Shown piece by piece: positions 47,755-57,957 of a stretch of DNA of 64,000 bases. Source of the DNA: an uncultured virus (IMG/VR IMGVR_UViG_3300012267_000003) (lineage: Duplodnaviria > Heunggongvirae > Uroviricota > Caudoviricetes); IMG/VR virus record IMGVR_UViG_3300012267_000003; one strand, given 5' to 3'. A program made the translations under genes and the position numbers. Positions within the stretch are counted from its first letter, which is position 1, and the number at the start of each line of letters is the position of its first letter. The notes under the pieces are model-generated. The model was given only the letters and a program-made list of their open reading frames with translations. It searched no databases and had not been told where the DNA came from.

Positions 47755-49524
47755 ATGCCAATAGGAAGTAAAATGCGAGAGCAAGACGAGGATTCAGTGG
47801 TCGTATCTAGTGTGTCACAAGTACAAAATATGATGAGCCGCAGAAGATCTGCTACCACTTCCAAGATACGCCCTCAAAGTCGTAAAATTACAAGTAGCAC
47901 CGGCTTTTTTGGGGGATCCGTAGGGTCTAGTGGAATGGGAGCTTTTAATAATGGTGGTGCAGCTATGGGCACGGCTACTAATGTGTACAGCCCCCACCTG
48001 TCTACTGATTTCCTAGAACTTCCTCAGACTCTTTCAGAACAGAGATCTTACTACCGATTTTTCTACAACAACGACCCTTTTGTCGGTCAAGCTATTGATC
48101 TACACACAGAATTGCCCCTATCAAAACTGAGGCTGACGCTTCCGAAAGGGTCTAATCCAGATCGCAACAGGGAGATCCTTCGATTTTTTGAGGATATGTC
48201 TAAGCGGACAAGGCTGCTCGACGTCCTGATTGATGCCACCCGTGAGTATTACGTGATTGGAGAGGCATTCATCTTTGCGGAAGATAGCGATGTGGAGGTC
48301 CCAGAATACGTGTACCTTGAGAGGGTAAACCGGTGGGATGCTGATACTGGAGAAACAACGACCACTTTGGAGCGTAGAGAAAATGCTGATTTGCTGATAG
48401 AGCAGTATAAGCAGAACAACTACAAAGGGTGGGATCGGATTATCCTCCTACCTCCTGATCAAGTGAATATAGAGTCGTTCCAGTATAGTAATAAAATACG
48501 AGTAGAGCTGGTACCCGATGAAAAAATCAAGTCGCTGGTACAAGCGGCGGCGATGGGAGATCAACAAGCTGCGGAATCTCTAGAAGACGTACCAGAAGAG
48601 ATTATCGAATTTATCGCTAATGCAGAGAATCTACCACTGGGGACCGACCCTTTTGAAGGGTCTTTCGTCTTTCAACTGTCTCGTAAAAAGCCCCCCGGTG
48701 AGGATCACGGTACTAGTATACTCCAGCGATGTCTCAGGACTCTAGTTTATCGAGACAAGCTCAGGCAGACCCAAACATCTATTGCTTCCCGAGCTATGAC
48801 GCCTAAACGTCTGGTGTGGGCAGAGGATATGGATGAGTACGATGTAGAGGATCTCCGGGAGCAGGTTGATATGGCACTGTTAGATCCTGACTACAGTATT
48901 ATCACGAACTTCAACGTAAACTGGGAAGAGATCTCTGCGAGGGACCGCCTTTTGGATCTCCGGGGAGAGTACGACATCACGAATGCGCAGTTGTTTGCCG
49001 GTCTTGGGGTGACTGAAAGTATGCTGACTGGAGACTCTCATGGGTACGCAGGTGAGAAGATCAATATTGAGGTGATCAACACTCGGTATATGCTTTATAG
49101 AGAACGTATACAGACTTATGTAGAGGAGCACTTGTTTAAGCCGGTGGCAGAGAAGAAGGGGTTTTTCGAATACGATGAATTTAATAACCGCATTCTTCTA
49201 TATCCCCGTCTTAGTTTCACTCGATTGGCACTCCGGGATAACCGAGATACTTTTGATGCGATGTTTAATCTGTATCAAAAAGGTTCGTTGTCTGTCGATT
49301 ACATCCTCGAATTGTTCAACCTAGACCCTCAAGCTGTAGAAGAGCGGCTGCGCGGGAACTTGATGACAGTAAACGATGCTATGTTCAACGAGATAATCCG
49401 ATCTGCTTATAGTGAGGTCGGTCGGGAAATGAAAGATCGATCGGATATGGTCGAACGAATCGTACAATACCTTGGCTTGCGGTATATCCCACCCGCAGAA
49501 GACGATGATGGTGGCAGATGGTAA
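47755..49524 (+). CDS. portal protein
   Basis: FYNNDPFVGQAIDLH, YYVIGEAF, HGTSILQRC, LFAGLGV; position after terL. Confidence 0.85.
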   Translation: MPIGSKMREQDEDSVVVSSVSQVQNMMSRRRSATTSKIRPQSRKITSSTGFFGGSVGSSGMGAFNNGGAAMGTATNVYSPHLSTDFLELPQTLSEQRSYYRFFYNNDPFVGQAIDLHTELPLSKLRLTLPKGSNPDRNREILRFFEDMSKRTRLLDVLIDATREYYVIGEAFIFAEDSDVEVPEYVYLERVNRWDADTGETTTTLERRENADLLIEQYKQNNYKGWDRIILLPPDQVNIESFQYSNKIRVELVPDEKIKSLVQAAAMGDQQAAESLEDVPEEIIEFIANAENLPLGTDPFEGSFVFQLSRKKPPGEDHGTSILQRCLRTLVYRDKLRQTQTSIASRAMTPKRLVWAEDMDEYDVEDLREQVDMALLDPDYSIITNFNVNWEEISARDRLLDLRGEYDITNAQLFAGLGVTESMLTGDSHGYAGEKINIEVINTRYMLYRERIQTYVEEHLFKPVAEKKGFFEYDEFNNRILLYPRLSFTRLALRDNRDTFDAMFNLYQKGSLSVDYILELFNLDPQAVEERLRGNLMTVNDAMFNEIIRSAYSEVGREMKDRSDMVERIVQYLGLRYIPPAEDDDGGRW

Positions 49525-51125
49525 TCTTATCGAAAAAAGATCCTTCGGAGAAGGAAGAGGAAGAGGTGGAGCGCCTCGTTCGGAAATCTCCAACTGAAAA
49601 GGCCCCCCGCCCTGACAAAGAGAGGGAGAGGATCCGTTTGGAGGATGAGGATGTAGATAAGGATGATAAGGATCTATCAATGAACTACAAAGACATTGGT
49701 GGGACCGTAGTCATGGCAATGTATGTAGCCTCTACTTATATGAAGAGAGCTATGGATTTCCCTTCTGAGCCCGCTTTCAAGGGATATATGGAGGAACACC
49801 CTGACGCCGACCCTTCTAACCACACCATCGACGGTGAGTCCTCTGACAAGGTATTAAACAAAGCCCCTGAGCCTACTAAAAAGCCTAAAAAGGAATCTGA
49901 ACCTGCTCCCAAACCTGCCCCCAAGAAAAAGGAACCTTCTGGTGAGGTTAGTAGAGAGCTTGAAACCGAGGCTCTTTATGATGCGGCGGAGAACGGTACT
50001 GAGGAAGAGCGCGATGCGGCGATGAAAATTATCCAAGAGCGTAAGAAGCCTTTACCTCCTGATATGCCTGATTCCTCAAAGTTTAAGGGGGAGCTGGGAG
50101 AAAAAGCTGTAGAGAGTCTCAAAAAACAGATCAAGAGCTGGGACGCACTGGATTATAGTCAGAATATGTTTGAGCTGGAGACAGATAAGCATATGGCTAT
50201 GATGGCGGGTAATGATCGAGATCGAGATTATTTTCAGTCAATTATGGAGGTGTATGAGGACTCTTCCGCTGCGGTCAGAACTGTGGATCTTCGGGAAGTA
50301 GATAGCCCCGAGGAGCTACTAGACATTGAAGACCCAGATGGTGCTTTTGGGGAGGACGACGCTCGGGATCTCCAGAAAAAGAAAAAAGACTGGTACCAGT
50401 CCTCTATGTTCTCCCCCCTAAATACCGTGGGAGGTCAGCTTACTAAGACACAGGATTTACTGGAAAAGGTAGATCCTGATTCTAAAAAGGGAGCCTATCT
50501 AAAAGAGATGGCTTCTGTATTAGAAGATGTAAGAGATCGTAAAATGTTGGATAAAAATTCAACGGCAGATAGGCTACTGATTGGCATTAGAGATTCAGAT
50601 TCTGAGGCCCTAAAGGACCTTGACCCCGGCGAATATGATTTTACCAACCCGCAGGAGATAGGAGATTTTGTAGGTAAAGTCGAATCTCTTAGCTCCGCTG
50701 ATTTGGCTCAGTTGGTAAAAGATGAGCCCCTGTACCGAATGCATTTTAGTTTTGGAGAGGGAGACAACCCTGACGAGGTGTCTATTACGGATAGGGAACG
50801 CAGATCGTTTGTAGACTCCCTTCGTGAAGACCTGAGCGTTAGGGGGACTTTCGAGCAGGTTAGGTTTCATGATGATGATACAAATAGCATGTTCGATAAA
50901 GGTTCATTGTTGGCATATAGAGATAAAGCGCTCAAAGATCTACAGGATCAAGGTTTCGACTTGACATCCCCCGAAAATTCCCATGCCAAGCCTTTTTGGG
51001 ATACCTTTTTTGATTGGATGTCTGATATGGGATCGAAAATGAGTCATGTTGATAATGCTCGTGCAGTACAGGCAGGCATTCAAAGTGCCTTCCAGAAAGC
51101 AGGTTTGTCTCAGGTTAGTCGCTAA
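49518..51125 (+). CDS. hypothetical head-associated protein
   Basis: Charged, low complexity; VASTYMKRA. Confidence 0.75.
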   Translation: MVILSKKDPSEKEEEEVERLVRKSPTEKAPRPDKERERIRLEDEDVDKDDKDLSMNYKDIGGTVVMAMYVASTYMKRAMDFPSEPAFKGYMEEHPDADPSNHTIDGESSDKVLNKAPEPTKKPKKESEPAPKPAPKKKEPSGEVSRELETEALYDAAENGTEEERDAAMKIIQERKKPLPPDMPDSSKFKGELGEKAVESLKKQIKSWDALDYSQNMFELETDKHMAMMAGNDRDRDYFQSIMEVYEDSSAAVRTVDLREVDSPEELLDIEDPDGAFGEDDARDLQKKKKDWYQSSMFSPLNTVGGQLTKTQDLLEKVDPDSKKGAYLKEMASVLEDVRDRKMLDKNSTADRLLIGIRDSDSEALKDLDPGEYDFTNPQEIGDFVGKVESLSSADLAQLVKDEPLYRMHFSFGEGDNPDEVSITDRERRSFVDSLREDLSVRGTFEQVRFHDDDTNSMFDKGSLLAYRDKALKDLQDQGFDLTSPENSHAKPFWDTFFDWMSDMGSKMSHVDNARAVQAGIQSAFQKAGLSQVSR

Positions 51126-51135
51126 TCCTTTTATA
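51123..51135 (+). promoter_or_regulatory. putative late-promoter motif
   Basis: TAATCCTTTTATA. Confidence 0.6.
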
Positions 51136-51210
51136 CTTCGTGACCAGTAGCGTGGAGCAATCCCATTTCACTTGGTCATAACCCGTTTAACCCCCATTAG
51201 GGAGATTGAT

Positions 51211-51672
51211 ATGTTGAATCGTAAACAAGCACAAGCCCTCACAAGACGTCTAGACAAGATCTCAAATCATGTTGAGAGTCGTTATGCAGAAATTGGTCTG
51301 TCTGAAAAAGAGGCGTACAACTTTTGTCTCTATTTGGATCAGACTTCTGATCTACTTGAAAGATCCTCTGAGGATCACGGTGATGAGCAGGAAGACGAAG
51401 ATGAAGAGGTAGACGCTGCTACGCTCCAGCGTGACATGGACGAGCAGTACATGGATACGTTTGATAGTCCTCACCAGCCTCACCAGATGGACGCAGATGA
51501 GCCTTATATGCGTCAGTTTGAGAACGATCCCTCACAGATTATGGACGATAATGATCTGTCCCCTGTAAATGATGGTGACTGGGACGTTTCTGCCAGTGGA
51601 GAAGATAACTGGTATACCCGGTCTACTAGATCCGCCAGCGAAAGCAATTGGTACACTCGGGGCCAACGATAA
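51211..51672 (+). CDS. acidic hypothetical protein with short repeats
   Basis: GGGAG SD; D.DE.YM..F twice and NWYTR twice. Confidence 0.75.
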   Translation: MLNRKQAQALTRRLDKISNHVESRYAEIGLSEKEAYNFCLYLDQTSDLLERSSEDHGDEQEDEDEEVDAATLQRDMDEQYMDTFDSPHQPHQMDADEPYMRQFENDPSQIMDDNDLSPVNDGDWDVSASGEDNWYTRSTRSASESNWYTRGQR

Positions 51673-51684
51673 GGTAGGTGCCTT

Positions 51685-52317
51685 GTGCCTCTTTTTTCTA
51701 CAACTCCAGCTTCTTCTCGTGAGGTAGTAGGACAGTCTACTACGTTAGGGACAGTAGTCTTTGATGAAGAGCAGCATATTACTCGTCTTGTACGGGAACG
51801 TACGGACGTTGATTGGGTTGTAGATGAAGAGGATCCCCGCTGGGATAGTGGGGTTGAAAACCACGCTCAGGCATTGAGTGATTTTAAACAGCTCAATGAT
51901 AGAATTTTTAGAGTGATGAAAGAAGCCGCTCAAAAATTTCAGGCATTTTTGTCGGGGGCGGTAAGGGAGTTAGAGCCTTATGGGCTAGAAGTTCTTACCT
52001 ACCGTCCTCGATTATTGTCTCCAAACCCAGAAGAGTGGGTATCACCTGAGTTTATAATAGCCACAGAAGTAAAGGATGCAAGGGCCTCTCTGTTTGCGCA
52101 ACCAACCGAAGGGCTTTTCCGCTTTAGAGTAGATGTCAGGAGGCCCGTAGTTATTAAGGAAGAGCTACACGACGTCTCTTTTATGGCCTACTCTGATCGA
52201 GATAATCACCTTACTCCCGGCAACATGCTTATTCAAGCGCTATATCCCCTGACTCATTTTGAGTCTGAGGATTTTGAAGAGTGGCGCAGAAACCGTTTGG
52301 AGACAATCAATGGGTGA
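51685..52317 (+). CDS. hypothetical protein
   Basis: 210-aa ORF in operon. Confidence 0.7.
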   Translation: MPLFSTTPASSREVVGQSTTLGTVVFDEEQHITRLVRERTDVDWVVDEEDPRWDSGVENHAQALSDFKQLNDRIFRVMKEAAQKFQAFLSGAVRELEPYGLEVLTYRPRLLSPNPEEWVSPEFIIATEVKDARASLFAQPTEGLFRFRVDVRRPVVIKEELHDVSFMAYSDRDNHLTPGNMLIQALYPLTHFESEDFEEWRRNRLETING

Positions 52318-52795
52318 TAAAATGAAAAATCTCGTAGCTTCAAAATACCAAAAAAGAATCTATCCGTTGTATAGGGATGCAAGTCATTTCTGTGATCGTG
52401 GGATCGCGGAGATGGACGCATATGAGATGCTGTATGATCACCACCGCCCTAATTTTTCTGACTTTGAAGTGAAGGCTGCCATCACAGTAGCTTATAGCAA
52501 TTCAAATGAGGTACGAGAGGCGATGTACTGGAAAGACAAAGGTCGCCAGTATTGCCCCTCTAAGTCAGAGCTGGACTGCGGTGAGTTTCACTGTCCAAGA
52601 TGTAAGACAGAACTTAAAAAAACCATCTATAAAAAATGGACGAAGCTATATGCCTGTCCAGACTGTTTGTTCCTGATCGCTCCCGGAGATATTCTCGATT
52701 CTATGGGACAGGATGAACAAGAAGAGGCGGCAGAACAATACGGATGGGATCCTGTTATTAAGGACCCTTCTGAAGCCTTCAATGAATGGCTATAA
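52310..52795 (+). CDS. zinc-ribbon protein
   Basis: CPRCK..CPDCL. Confidence 0.7.
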   Translation: MGDKMKNLVASKYQKRIYPLYRDASHFCDRGIAEMDAYEMLYDHHRPNFSDFEVKAAITVAYSNSNEVREAMYWKDKGRQYCPSKSELDCGEFHCPRCKTELKKTIYKKWTKLYACPDCLFLIAPGDILDSMGQDEQEEAAEQYGWDPVIKDPSEAFNEWL

Positions 52796-52810
52796 TTTTA
52801 ACTGAGATAG

Positions 52811-54334
52811 GTGGCCCAAATGGCCTTTTCCAAGTTTGCTAAAGCTGTTGTACAAACACCCCGTGTAGGACTTGACGGATGGAATTCCTATCGAAGGAAG
52901 ATGGCCCATGCTGGGCTGGGTAGTGTAGATTTCGCCAACCGTGCGTCTTCTATTACTATTGAGAATTACAGCCCGGACAAGTACCTTCTTACTCACTGTA
53001 CTATTATCGCTTCTGTCGACGTAGAAGATACGTCAGGTAAGACCGGTAGTGATGTGGTTATCGCAGATGGTAGTAAGGTTAATCGGCCACATGCTGATTA
53101 TCTCATCAAGCCTGACTGCTCCAAATATATCAATCAGAATGGGGATGCTTGGGAGAGGAAGCTTCTCCTAGCTACCTATAAGACTTTCATTGGGGCGGAG
53201 AACTATGTAGAGCACATCCAGATCCCGGAGCTGTCTAAGGGTAAAATCATAGACGCTGTGGCTCGTGATCTGGGCGAAACGGTGTATGTAGACATTCTAG
53301 TAGCTACGGATCGTAAACACAAAGATCTCGTAGCACGGATCGAATCAGGGGATCTCAACACCCTGTCTATGGGATGCACGATCTCGTATTCCATCTGCAC
53401 CAAGTGTGGAAATCAGGCGATTGATGAGCCCCAACTGTGTAACCATGTCAAGTATGAGAAGGGTAACAAGTTCGTAGGACCCGATGGAAAGATCCGGGTT
53501 GTTGCAGAACTTTGTGGTCACTACACGGACCCAGAGTCTGTAAAGTTTATCGAAGCCTCTTGGGTCGGCAACCCCGCCTTTAAGGGAGCGGTAATGAGGA
53601 ATATCCTCAATTTGACGAACACCAAAGAGCCTACCCCCTATGAGCATGATAAATTACAGGACATGATCCAAGAGGCTCATATTAAATCCAATATGGCCCC
53701 GACCGAAGATTGGACTCAGTTCTTTTTGAAAACAGCTTCGCAGCTACAGGATATTCAAACTGGAATGTCTCAGGCATTGAAGTCCGGAAACTGGGATGAA
53801 GGGGGAGAGGAAGAGGAAAAAGAAGCTCCTCCGGCGGAAGAGAATCCGGGTCTAGTTGATGATGTGGCCGATGAGATCAAAGAAAAGATACGAAGGAAGC
53901 TCGTAGAGGATTTGCGAGAGGAATTGGGGGAAGAAGGTGGGCCTAAAAAGGTGACACCCGAGTCTGAGATTGCACCTAATGATTCCATTCACAAGTCGTA
54001 TCAGATTTTTGCTTCCCGGTATGCACGTGAACTTGGCGAGAAAACGAAACCCGTTTTCGACGTATTAAGCTTACTGGAGAGCAACAACCTATTTCTTGCT
54101 CATAAGCATACTCTATCCAATAGGGACATCATAACGGCCATGTATATTCATGATCGGGATGGTAAAAAAGAAACCCTTCCTACAAACATGTATGTATGTT
54201 TGCAAAAAATAGGGTCGGCTAAGAAGTACGGGTCTCTACGGCGCTTTTTAGTGGCTTGTTCAAAACAGATGGGTAAAAAACTATCACGTGGAGAAGCTGT
54301 TATATTGCTCGAAAGAGCAAAAATACTCAATTAA
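52811..54334 (+). CDS. prohead maturation protease with Zn-finger insert
   Basis: NQNGD, NYVEH, KGKIIDA, LSMGC..CTKCG..C.H, FIEASWVGNPAF. Confidence 0.8.
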   Translation: MAQMAFSKFAKAVVQTPRVGLDGWNSYRRKMAHAGLGSVDFANRASSITIENYSPDKYLLTHCTIIASVDVEDTSGKTGSDVVIADGSKVNRPHADYLIKPDCSKYINQNGDAWERKLLLATYKTFIGAENYVEHIQIPELSKGKIIDAVARDLGETVYVDILVATDRKHKDLVARIESGDLNTLSMGCTISYSICTKCGNQAIDEPQLCNHVKYEKGNKFVGPDGKIRVVAELCGHYTDPESVKFIEASWVGNPAFKGAVMRNILNLTNTKEPTPYEHDKLQDMIQEAHIKSNMAPTEDWTQFFLKTASQLQDIQTGMSQALKSGNWDEGGEEEEKEAPPAEENPGLVDDVADEIKEKIRRKLVEDLREELGEEGGPKKVTPESEIAPNDSIHKSYQIFASRYARELGEKTKPVFDVLSLLESNNLFLAHKHTLSNRDIITAMYIHDRDGKKETLPTNMYVCLQKIGSAKKYGSLRRFLVACSKQMGKKLSRGEAVILLERAKILN

Positions 54335-54528
54335 TATGCCCTTTTCTTTAATAATGCACTTATAGAGGGGGTGTATTAGCACGTCTGTACAGGGGTGTGT
54401 TTCATCTCATTATGATGGAGCCCATCTGACTGCAATTTATGTCTTCACAGAGACATGTGTAAGACAGTTTAGAAAGATAAGAAGATATCGCAAACCGGCA
54501 CCGGAAAAGTTTACTGGAGGTTCCATCA

Positions 54529-55545
54529 ATGAGTAGAAGAAAGCGTCTATCTTGGAAGACCAAAGAATCCAAGCGCCGTAACCGCAAAACGGCTGACCCC
54601 TATACAATGAATCAGGATCGAACTCATGTACCCGTTGAGGAGTATATGGTAGGAGATCCTTCCGAATGGGCTGAAGATCCCGTTGATGATCTGTCCCACA
54701 TGGACGGTACTGACCGGAATGAGATCGGAATGCCCGAAATGTTGCCCGAGAATCGTAGTGCTCGTTCTGTCCGTGAGGCCAGAATGCAGATTGCGAAAAT
54801 GGAGCAGCATTTCGAGAAAAAGGCTCTTCAATGTGTCCGCATCGCAGAAGCACTTCTTCCCGGTGCAGGCGAAGATGTTATCGCGGCACAAGCTCTCGAT
54901 CTAATGCCCCTTCCCGATGAGTCTGTAATGGACACATCGATCCGCCTTACAGATCTTGGTGTTCTTGCCTCGGAAGAGGAAGAAGAGGAAGAGGAAGAGG
55001 AGAAAGAGGCTTCCAAACTAAGCTCCGCTGAAATGCTTCGAATTATGAAAGCAGAAGAAGGCGAAGAGGAAGAGGAAGATGAAGCCAAAGAAGATGGCGA
55101 CGACGAAGACGATGAAGACGACGAAGATGAAGCCAAAGAAGCTGGCGACGACGACGCCGATGAAGATGGCGACGATGCCAAAGAGGAAGATGGCGAAGAA
55201 AGCGACAAAGAAGCCAGTGCATATCTGGACGAAGATCTTGACGCTATGCTCGCTGATATGGAAACCGATATGGGTGGCGACATGGGTACCGCAGAATTGG
55301 GTATCGATATGGAGCCCCAGCTCGATCTCCTAGACCACGAAGCGCTTCTGGAAGAGAGCGATGATGCATTGCAATCTCTTATGAACCAGAACTACGGGGT
55401 TGAAGCTACACAGAATAGCCGACAGGCTAACATTCGCAAAAAAGTCAATCAACTTGGGCGGGTGAAAGAAGCAGGTTCCACAGCTACAGATCCACTTTCA
55501 GGTCTGTGGGACAGTGCTCCCGACGTTTCCAACGTCTTTTCGTAA
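54529..55545 (+). CDS. capsid scaffolding protein (acidic)
   Basis: Long D/E tracts, repeated KEA, located between protease and capsid genes. Confidence 0.65.
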   Translation: MSRRKRLSWKTKESKRRNRKTADPYTMNQDRTHVPVEEYMVGDPSEWAEDPVDDLSHMDGTDRNEIGMPEMLPENRSARSVREARMQIAKMEQHFEKKALQCVRIAEALLPGAGEDVIAAQALDLMPLPDESVMDTSIRLTDLGVLASEEEEEEEEEEKEASKLSSAEMLRIMKAEEGEEEEEDEAKEDGDDEDDEDDEDEAKEAGDDDADEDGDDAKEEDGEESDKEASAYLDEDLDAMLADMETDMGGDMGTAELGIDMEPQLDLLDHEALLEESDDALQSLMNQNYGVEATQNSRQANIRKKVNQLGRVKEAGSTATDPLSGLWDSAPDVSNVFS

Positions 55546-55553
55546 GATGGACG

Positions 55554-55574
55554 GGGCCTCTTTTGGAGGCCCCT
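55554..55574 (+). terminator. GC hairpin after the scaffold gene
   Basis: GGGGCCTC-TTTTG-GAGGCCCC; weak U-tail. Confidence 0.45.
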
Positions 55575-55646
55575 TGGAGACGACTCCGCTTTCACTTATT
55601 TGAAGTTCGTCGTCAATCAATCAAGCAAACTCTTTAGGAGGCTATA

Positions 55647-56243
55647 ATGGCTCTTCCCGGACAAGCAAGCGGTGATTTCACCGAAAGCTCCTCTGCGCTA
55701 CGGATCATGTATGTAGGGATCCGAAACACAGCAGGTGCTAAACTCACAACGGATGCATTCGTCCAAACGAATCCACCCGCTCTACCCACAACTAATGTAA
55801 CGGAAACCCTTCCATCCGCTCCCAAACGTGGAGTTCTAGGTGGGTCCGTATGTTTCACTCGTCCCGACGCTGGTAACGGTATGGTCGGAGGCCCCGCCGA
55901 TGCCCGCACTGGAATCGTTCCCCTTGGTGTCTTCATCAATGACGCCGCAGGTAATGCGTATGAAAATACGCCCGGTCCTGCTTCCGGACAAGGCCCGTAC
56001 ATGTCTGGTCAGGGAACCTACGGCAACCGTCTCTATGAGACAAGCATTCTTGCTGGAACAGGCGCAGGTGATGCTCTCACTTATGCGGTTGGTGATTCCC
56101 TGTATGCCAGTGTCAATGGCTACCTAACCAATCTTGTAGATAGCGACAACACAGTTGGTGGAGCAGACGCAATTGTTATCGGTGTCCTCAAGATCGCGCC
56201 GGATTCCGTTCACGCTGAGATGGTCTACGACCAGCGCATCTAA
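55647..56243 (+). CDS. capsid decoration / cement protein
   Basis: Gly-rich beta protein (PLGVFIND, Y.VGD.LYAS..G.LT) directly before the MCP; AGGAGG SD. Confidence 0.7.
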   Translation: MALPGQASGDFTESSSALRIMYVGIRNTAGAKLTTDAFVQTNPPALPTTNVTETLPSAPKRGVLGGSVCFTRPDAGNGMVGGPADARTGIVPLGVFINDAAGNAYENTPGPASGQGPYMSGQGTYGNRLYETSILAGTGAGDALTYAVGDSLYASVNGYLTNLVDSDNTVGGADAIVIGVLKIAPDSVHAEMVYDQRI

Positions 56244-56266
56244 GTGCCAACCAAAGGAGACTGAAT

Positions 56267-57154
56267 ATGTCTGACCAAACAACCCAGCTAGACAACGCGG
56301 CAAAGCAAGAGCTTATCAGCCGTCACATCACGAGCGCCGCAGGGCGAGCGAGATTGGCAGCTTCGATGACTCAACCGCTTCGATCCCGCAGAGATTATTC
56401 TGCTGTAGGACGCCGTACCTTCCTCGTAGAGCAGCTTCCTGACGGAGCGCTGCCCGTGTACGACAAAGATCCCGACGTCACCGCCTATGTGGTTGGTGAA
56501 GAGGGTGAAAATATCCTTGCCGTGCAGAAGCCAAAGCGTGTGATCTTCCCCTTGTTCGAGATTGCCTCGAACCCGGAGATCCCGATCACTCAGATCAAAG
56601 AGCGTCGTTTCGACCTCATTGCTCGATCGCAGCAGCTTGCGCAGGCAGCCATTCAAGCCGCCGAAGATGAACGTGTCTTTGCCGTACTTGATTCGATTGC
56701 GACAAACGGATTCGATTCCGTTCCCGGTAGCGTCAACCCTGATCTTCAGGTAGTTGCCCCCATTTCCTCGGCTGTACTTGCCGATGCGTTTGCTGAGATC
56801 GAACGACACGACCTTCGTGTTGCTCGTATCTACATGAACTCTAAAGATTACGCGGACATTCGTAAGTTTGGCCGTGAAATCTTGGATGTGAACAGCCAAG
56901 CCGAATTGCTGAAAACTGGTCTGCAATCCACCCTTTGGGGTGCTCAGATCATCACCAGCCGTTTGGTTCCCGCCGGATTCGTCTACGTATGTGGCGAGCC
57001 CGAGATGTTTGGACGTATCCCCGTCCGAACTGAGTTGACCGTTCTTAGCGCGGACAATCCGCGAGCTAGAATGATAGGTTTTTCCTGCTTCGAAAACTTA
57101 GGTATCGGAGCGTTTAATCCTCGTGCCCTTGTCCGACTTGTCGTACAGCGATAA
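56267..57154 (+). CDS. major capsid protein (HK97 fold)
   Basis: VEQLPDGALPVYDKD, FEIASNP, AAEDERVF, LWGAQI, FNPRAL; strong SD and downstream terminator. Confidence 0.88.
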   Translation: MSDQTTQLDNAAKQELISRHITSAAGRARLAASMTQPLRSRRDYSAVGRRTFLVEQLPDGALPVYDKDPDVTAYVVGEEGENILAVQKPKRVIFPLFEIASNPEIPITQIKERRFDLIARSQQLAQAAIQAAEDERVFAVLDSIATNGFDSVPGSVNPDLQVVAPISSAVLADAFAEIERHDLRVARIYMNSKDYADIRKFGREILDVNSQAELLKTGLQSTLWGAQIITSRLVPAGFVYVCGEPEMFGRIPVRTELTVLSADNPRARMIGFSCFENLGIGAFNPRALVRLVVQR

Positions 57155-57186
57155 GCATAAACCCTTGAAATAACAGGGTTTTATTG

Positions 57187-57217
57187 ACCCCCGGTTCGCA
57201 AGAGCCGGGGGTTTTTT
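57187..57217 (+). terminator. intrinsic terminator after the MCP
   Basis: ACCCCCGGTTC-GCAA-GAGCCGGGGGT-TTTTT. Confidence 0.85.
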
Positions 57218-57228
57218 AATGGCCGGAG

Positions 57229-57257
57229 TTGCTCTGTGGTGGGTGTAGTGGTATGGT
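57229..57257 (+). promoter_or_regulatory. sigma70-type promoter for MCP paralogue 1
   Basis: TTGCTC-N17-TATGGT with an extended TG. Confidence 0.5.
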
Positions 57258-57318
57258 TGTGGGTAACATGACCAAAGAATCTAGGTTGTAATATAACGTG
57301 ATGGTGTAGAGGGAAATT

Positions 57319-57957
57319 ATGAGTCAAACAGAAGATATGAGTAGGATGGATGAGTCTTTCGCCCGCAAGGTATTACACGCCGAAGAAGTCGCACGGACCA
57401 TCTATGATAAAGACGTAGACGCCCCTGCTTACATCATCGGAGAAGAGGGCCAGAGGATATTACAGGTGAATACGGGTGGCAAGGTGATAGTGCCAACTTT
57501 CCCCTATAAGTCGAGCCCACGGGTTTTTGGACCTACGAAGGCCACCAAGGATCGAATCCGTCAGGAAGAGGAATTGGTTATGCGTCTAGTCTTTTCGGCA
57601 TCTGATACGACGGCACACGGTCGGCTATCTGGAGAACTACTTATGTCTGCCCGCAAAGAGGTAGAGGCTTTCGATCTGGAGGCGAAGACGCTGGTCATTT
57701 CTCCAGACGATATGCCGCAGTTCGAGTCTGAGCTGTCTATGTCTTTTACCGAGGATGATACCTACTCATTGGTAGAGGCTACGGGACAGGTCTTGGGTCT
57801 GGACGTGTATGCACACCCCAGATGTCCACAAGGACATGCCTACCTGCTACAAGAAGCGCTGTATCTGGGCAGGGTATGCCTCTCGCAAGACAAGCCTCAT
57901 AAATGTGGAATGGCAATATTCAATCCACGACCCGTTGTGCATCTCTCATTTGAGTGA
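57319..57957 (+). CDS. truncated major capsid protein paralogue 1
   Basis: IYDKDVDAPAYIIGEEGQRILQV vs MCP VYDKDPDVTAYVVGEEGENILAV; GMAIFNPRPVV vs GIGAFNPRALV. Confidence 0.85.
   Translation: MSQTEDMSRMDESFARKVLHAEEVARTIYDKDVDAPAYIIGEEGQRILQVNTGGKVIVPTFPYKSSPRVFGPTKATKDRIRQEEELVMRLVFSASDTTAHGRLSGELLMSARKEVEAFDLEAKTLVISPDDMPQFESELSMSFTEDDTYSLVEATGQVLGLDVYAHPRCPQGHAYLLQEALYLGRVCLSQDKPHKCGMAIFNPRPVVHLSFE

Noticed and set aside
54828..55283. Ser-rich antisense ORF and similar shadow ORFs (e.g. 25306-26103, 56288-56926, 62583-63221)
   Set aside because: Antisense shadows of well-supported genes or of low-complexity tracts
56267..57154. Encapsulin rather than viral capsid
   Set aside because: It lies in a terminase-portal-protease-scaffold module, so it is a phage MCP
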